Assembly (NCBI RefSeq): GCF_006345805.1
Contig: NW_021827269.1
Span: 1-11,038, forward strand
Direction: 5' to 3'
DNA: 11,038 bases
DNA from: Octopus sinensis
Lineage: Eukaryota
Shown here: positions 8,280-11,038 of the stretch, piece after piece
How the letters are laid out: every line of letters begins with the position of its first letter
Numbering within the stretch: position 1 is the stretch's first letter
Translations under genes and position numbers: made by a program
The notes under the pieces: generated by a model
Databases searched by the model: none
Told to the model about the DNA's origin: nothing
What the model saw: the letters and a program-made list of their open reading frames with translations, nothing else

Positions 8280-8464
8280 TATATATATTATACCACCGCT
8301 CCACACTAAAATCCCTCAAGAGTTTCCAAATTGTAGATGTTTTGTGTTAACAAATGACAACCAAAGATCTTATTATATAATGGTTTTCATATTCCCTTCG
8401 TCTAAATCGTCCCACCTTCATTAACGATCTCTGACGTTTCAAACTTTCAATAAATGTTAAATAT

Positions 8465-8697
8465 ATATTTGTTTATTGCCCACAAGGAGCTAAACATAGA
8501 GGGAACGAACAAGAACAGACAAACGGATTAAGTCGATTACATCGACCCCAGTGCGTAAGTGGTACTTTATTTATCGACCCCGAAAGGATGAAACACAAAG
8601 TCGACCTCGGCGGAATTTGAACTCAGAACGTAACGGCAGACGAAATACGGCTACGCATTTTGCCCGTCGTGCTAACGTTTCTGCCATGTCGCCCCCT
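8465..8697 (-). mobile_element. Monomeric copy of SINE family E (copy F) with perfect 15-bp TSD
   Basis: TSD ATAAATGTTAAATAT at 8450-8464 and 8698-8712. Minus strand GGCGACATGGCAGAAACGTTAGCACG... through one repeat unit ending GTGGGCAATAAACAAATA. Confidence 0.93.
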
Positions 8698-9042
8698 ATA
8701 AATGTTAAATATTTATGTTGTTATTTAAGGAGTTCCGTTTCTTCTTCAAAGTATCGACACACAGACGCACGCCTTCATACACACACGCGTGCGCGCACGC
8801 ATACACAAATGCAAATGTTTATATGTTTCTCTAAATATATGTATATAGATTATATAAATGCGTTTCTATGACTATGTATGTGTTGCGCGTGTGTGTACGT
8901 ATTCGGATCTATTGGTATGTCCATTGACGTGTGTCAATGATAGGAAGAAAGGGTGATGCGAATTAGCCGCATTTTCTAAATTTTCCAGTGATAATATATA
9001 CTGTTATATAGCTTTATCACAAAATGGGAAAAAACAAAACAT

Positions 9043-9043
<1 letters not shown>

Positions 9044-9084
<41 letters not shown>
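9044..9084. repeat. (AG)20 microsatellite
   Basis: Direct reading. Confidence 0.97.
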
Positions 9085-9088
<4 letters not shown>

Positions 9089-9494
9089 TGTATTTCAGTA
9101 TATGAATATATTTCCACCAACGCTGCTTAGTGTTCCTGTATTTGATCAATTCCAGCTTGATGAAGCGCTTTGCACACATCGGCAAATTTACCATTTGCTA
9201 TTCTTAATATAAGAACAGCAGCATTTGGCTGAGTATGAGCAATAGATTCGGTGTCCTTCGCTAATGAGGCGTAATGATGCAGAAACACGTGACCTAGGTT
9301 CCAATGCCGTCATTCATATGTGGTGGGTTATCCGTAAGGAGAATTTCACTCTCGAGATAATTTCTACAGTGAAATTCTTTTCACGTTTGAGTGTATACGA
9401 ACGTGGTGAATATAATTATATACACCTGTACTGCAATCAACGTTGTTCAGTGCGCCTATTGTTAGAGTGTATCGCCTCGCCCACCTCCCAACAG

Positions 9495-9640
9495 CAACCC
9501 ACCACACCACACACCACTACACCATACACCACCATATCACACAACACATCACATCTCAACACACCACTACGCACACACCAACATTGACCACTTCCCAGAC
9601 ATACATTTTCACACCTACACATACACACACGCACACGTCA
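9495..9640. repeat. Degenerate (CACCA/CACAC)n pentamer and CA-rich tract
   Basis: Direct reading. Explains the HTTHH/VVYGVVV ORFs. Confidence 0.85.
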
Positions 9641-9761
9641 AGATTACCAGCCCTCTTCTACACGCACATACAAGCTCTCTTACTCACACGCACGCGCGCC
9701 TTGGTCTTGGGATCACCACTACTTTATTATCTCCCCTTAATCTCTAGCTCTCCTGTGTGAC

Positions 9762-9970
9762 CCTTCTGTCAGGCACTCGTCGTGATAGATCGCTAGCCAC
9801 TACACATTCTTTATTTTCTCTTCTTGTTTCTCTCTGTGTTCCTTTCTGTGGAAGAGCGTAGGCTCGAAACGTTAAAGACTTTTTCACTTTCCGAGCGTTA
9901 TACTAATACATCTGTCTGTTGTCTACACCACCTGTCTTCGTCTTTTGTTCTTTTTGGGAGTTCTCCCTAT
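9762..9970 (+). mobile_element. Short interspersed element, probably a solo Penelope-like pseudo-LTR
   Basis: Pyrimidine-rich segment with a central minimal hammerhead-like motif, ending TTCTCCC before a TA-rich tract. I recall this sequence as a high-copy octopus repeat (unverified). Boundaries are approximate. Confidence 0.55.
9842..9877 (+). ncRNA. Minimal type I hammerhead-like motif with palindromic stem III (probably degenerate)
   Basis: CUUU (9842-9845) - CUGUGGA - extra A - GAGC GUAG GCUC (4-bp stem II) - GAAA - CGU - U (H17, 9873) - AAAG (9874-9877). Stem I CUUU/AAAG. Stem III is only the palindrome ACGU. A6 is replaced by U. Confidence 0.55.
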
Positions 9971-10299
9971 AAATAAATATATATATATTGAGTGTGTGTC
10001 TGTATGCTTTGTGTAATTATTATTCAGTAAATTGTAACGATCTACAAAATTGCTATTCTCTTTGAAGTGTTATAATGTAAACAACGTGTGATGGGGATAT
10101 AAAAGCCATAACTAGATTATGGGGTAAGGAGCAATATTCATAGCAATGTTTATGACGGCGAAATGCTGATTTATTGGCCAAGAGGTGGCACACATTCGAA
10201 GAAATAAGTTATGCTTCTGCCAGCAATGATCTAGTTTGTATGCTCCACAGGTGGTATATGTCGCATAATTAATTCAGCTTTACATGTATCTTATTGTTT

Positions 10300-10400
10300 G
10301 TTCGTATGCACGTATGTATAAAGTTATGTATGTGCATATATACGTACAAACATACAAACATATAAATACACACATACACATATATGTGTGTGCATATTTA
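10300..10400. repeat. Degenerate (TATG)/(CATA) low-complexity tract
   Basis: Direct reading. Confidence 0.8.
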
Positions 10401-10902
10401 AAGTACATGCACGGCCCATGACTGTTGTGCACACTGCAAACGAATAGAGCTATATTGCACAAGAGTTAGGGAAGGAAGACAGCAGATCCCTTGGTAAAGG
10501 TCTGTTTGGGTTTAGAATTAATGGTGCAGCAAAGAGGATATGTATGCCTTCCGTCAGAGAATCCGCAGGGAAAGCCACTTGATGACTTTCAATTATGGTT
10601 TGGTTGGGGAGAAGATCCAGGGCATGATGTGGGTGAGATAAAAGTGGAATATGATCAACATTTGTAGATAACCTGGGCAAGCGAGAGGTTCTGATGTTGT
10701 ATGAACCGAAACAACCTTAGATCCTAAAAACGTCATTGAGTGTATGCATCTCAAGGCATCTTTGAGATATAAATCATAACTAATGCCTGTGAGTCTGTGT
10801 GTGAGCATCGGTAAGAGCAAACATATGACTTGAATAGAAAATCTCGTGTCAGATGATTCTATTGAAAAGTTTGGAAAACACGGTCTTGTCCACTGTGTTA
10901 CT

Positions 10903-10952
10903 AGCACGGATTTAATGCAAGCAGTACCTTCCGCCTGGTCTAAATCCGTGCT
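10903..10952. repeat. 12-bp perfect inverted repeat with 26-nt spacer
   Basis: AGCACGGATTTA (10903-10914) and TAAATCCGTGCT (10941-10952). Confidence 0.85.
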
Positions 10953-11038
10953 GAATTTCAACGTACAATATGTCGATTAATATTTACGGACCATTTCGAG
11001 TAGATGTACACATATACTTCAAATTTTATCACTTCCCT

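Noticed and set aside
9126-9310. Minus-strand open frame (...KDTESIAHTQPNAAVLILRIANGKFADVCKALHQAG...) with a possible 69-nt exon
   Set aside because: Protein-like by eye only. No identifiable family, and the length is within chance expectation.
10668-10717. AGGTT-CTGATG...GAAAC-AACCT, a hammerhead look-alike
   Set aside because: A9 is missing, stem II does not pair, and there is no valid stem III/UH arrangement in either topology.

Overview
Eukaryotic, AT-rich, repeat-dense non-coding DNA (intron or intergenic). The SINE families and microsatellite load match what I recall from octopus (coleoid cephalopod) genomes; this assignment is from memory and was not searched. No host protein-coding gene can be supported: most listed ORFs are microsatellite or repeat artefacts. 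The window contains: (i) about eight SINE copies or fragments from three or four tRNA-derived families, three with perfect target-site duplications (9, 16 and 15 bp); (ii) one SINE carrying an internal 184-bp tandem array and two alternative 3' tails; (iii) an internally deleted Tc1/mariner element with 16-bp inverted repeats and a 68-codon transposase C-terminus missed by the ORF track; (iv) two unrelated short elements carrying hammerhead-ribozyme-like motifs, probably Penelope-like pseudo-LTR remnants, one arranged as a near-perfect 129-bp fold-back inside a (TA)n tract; (v) many microsatellites.
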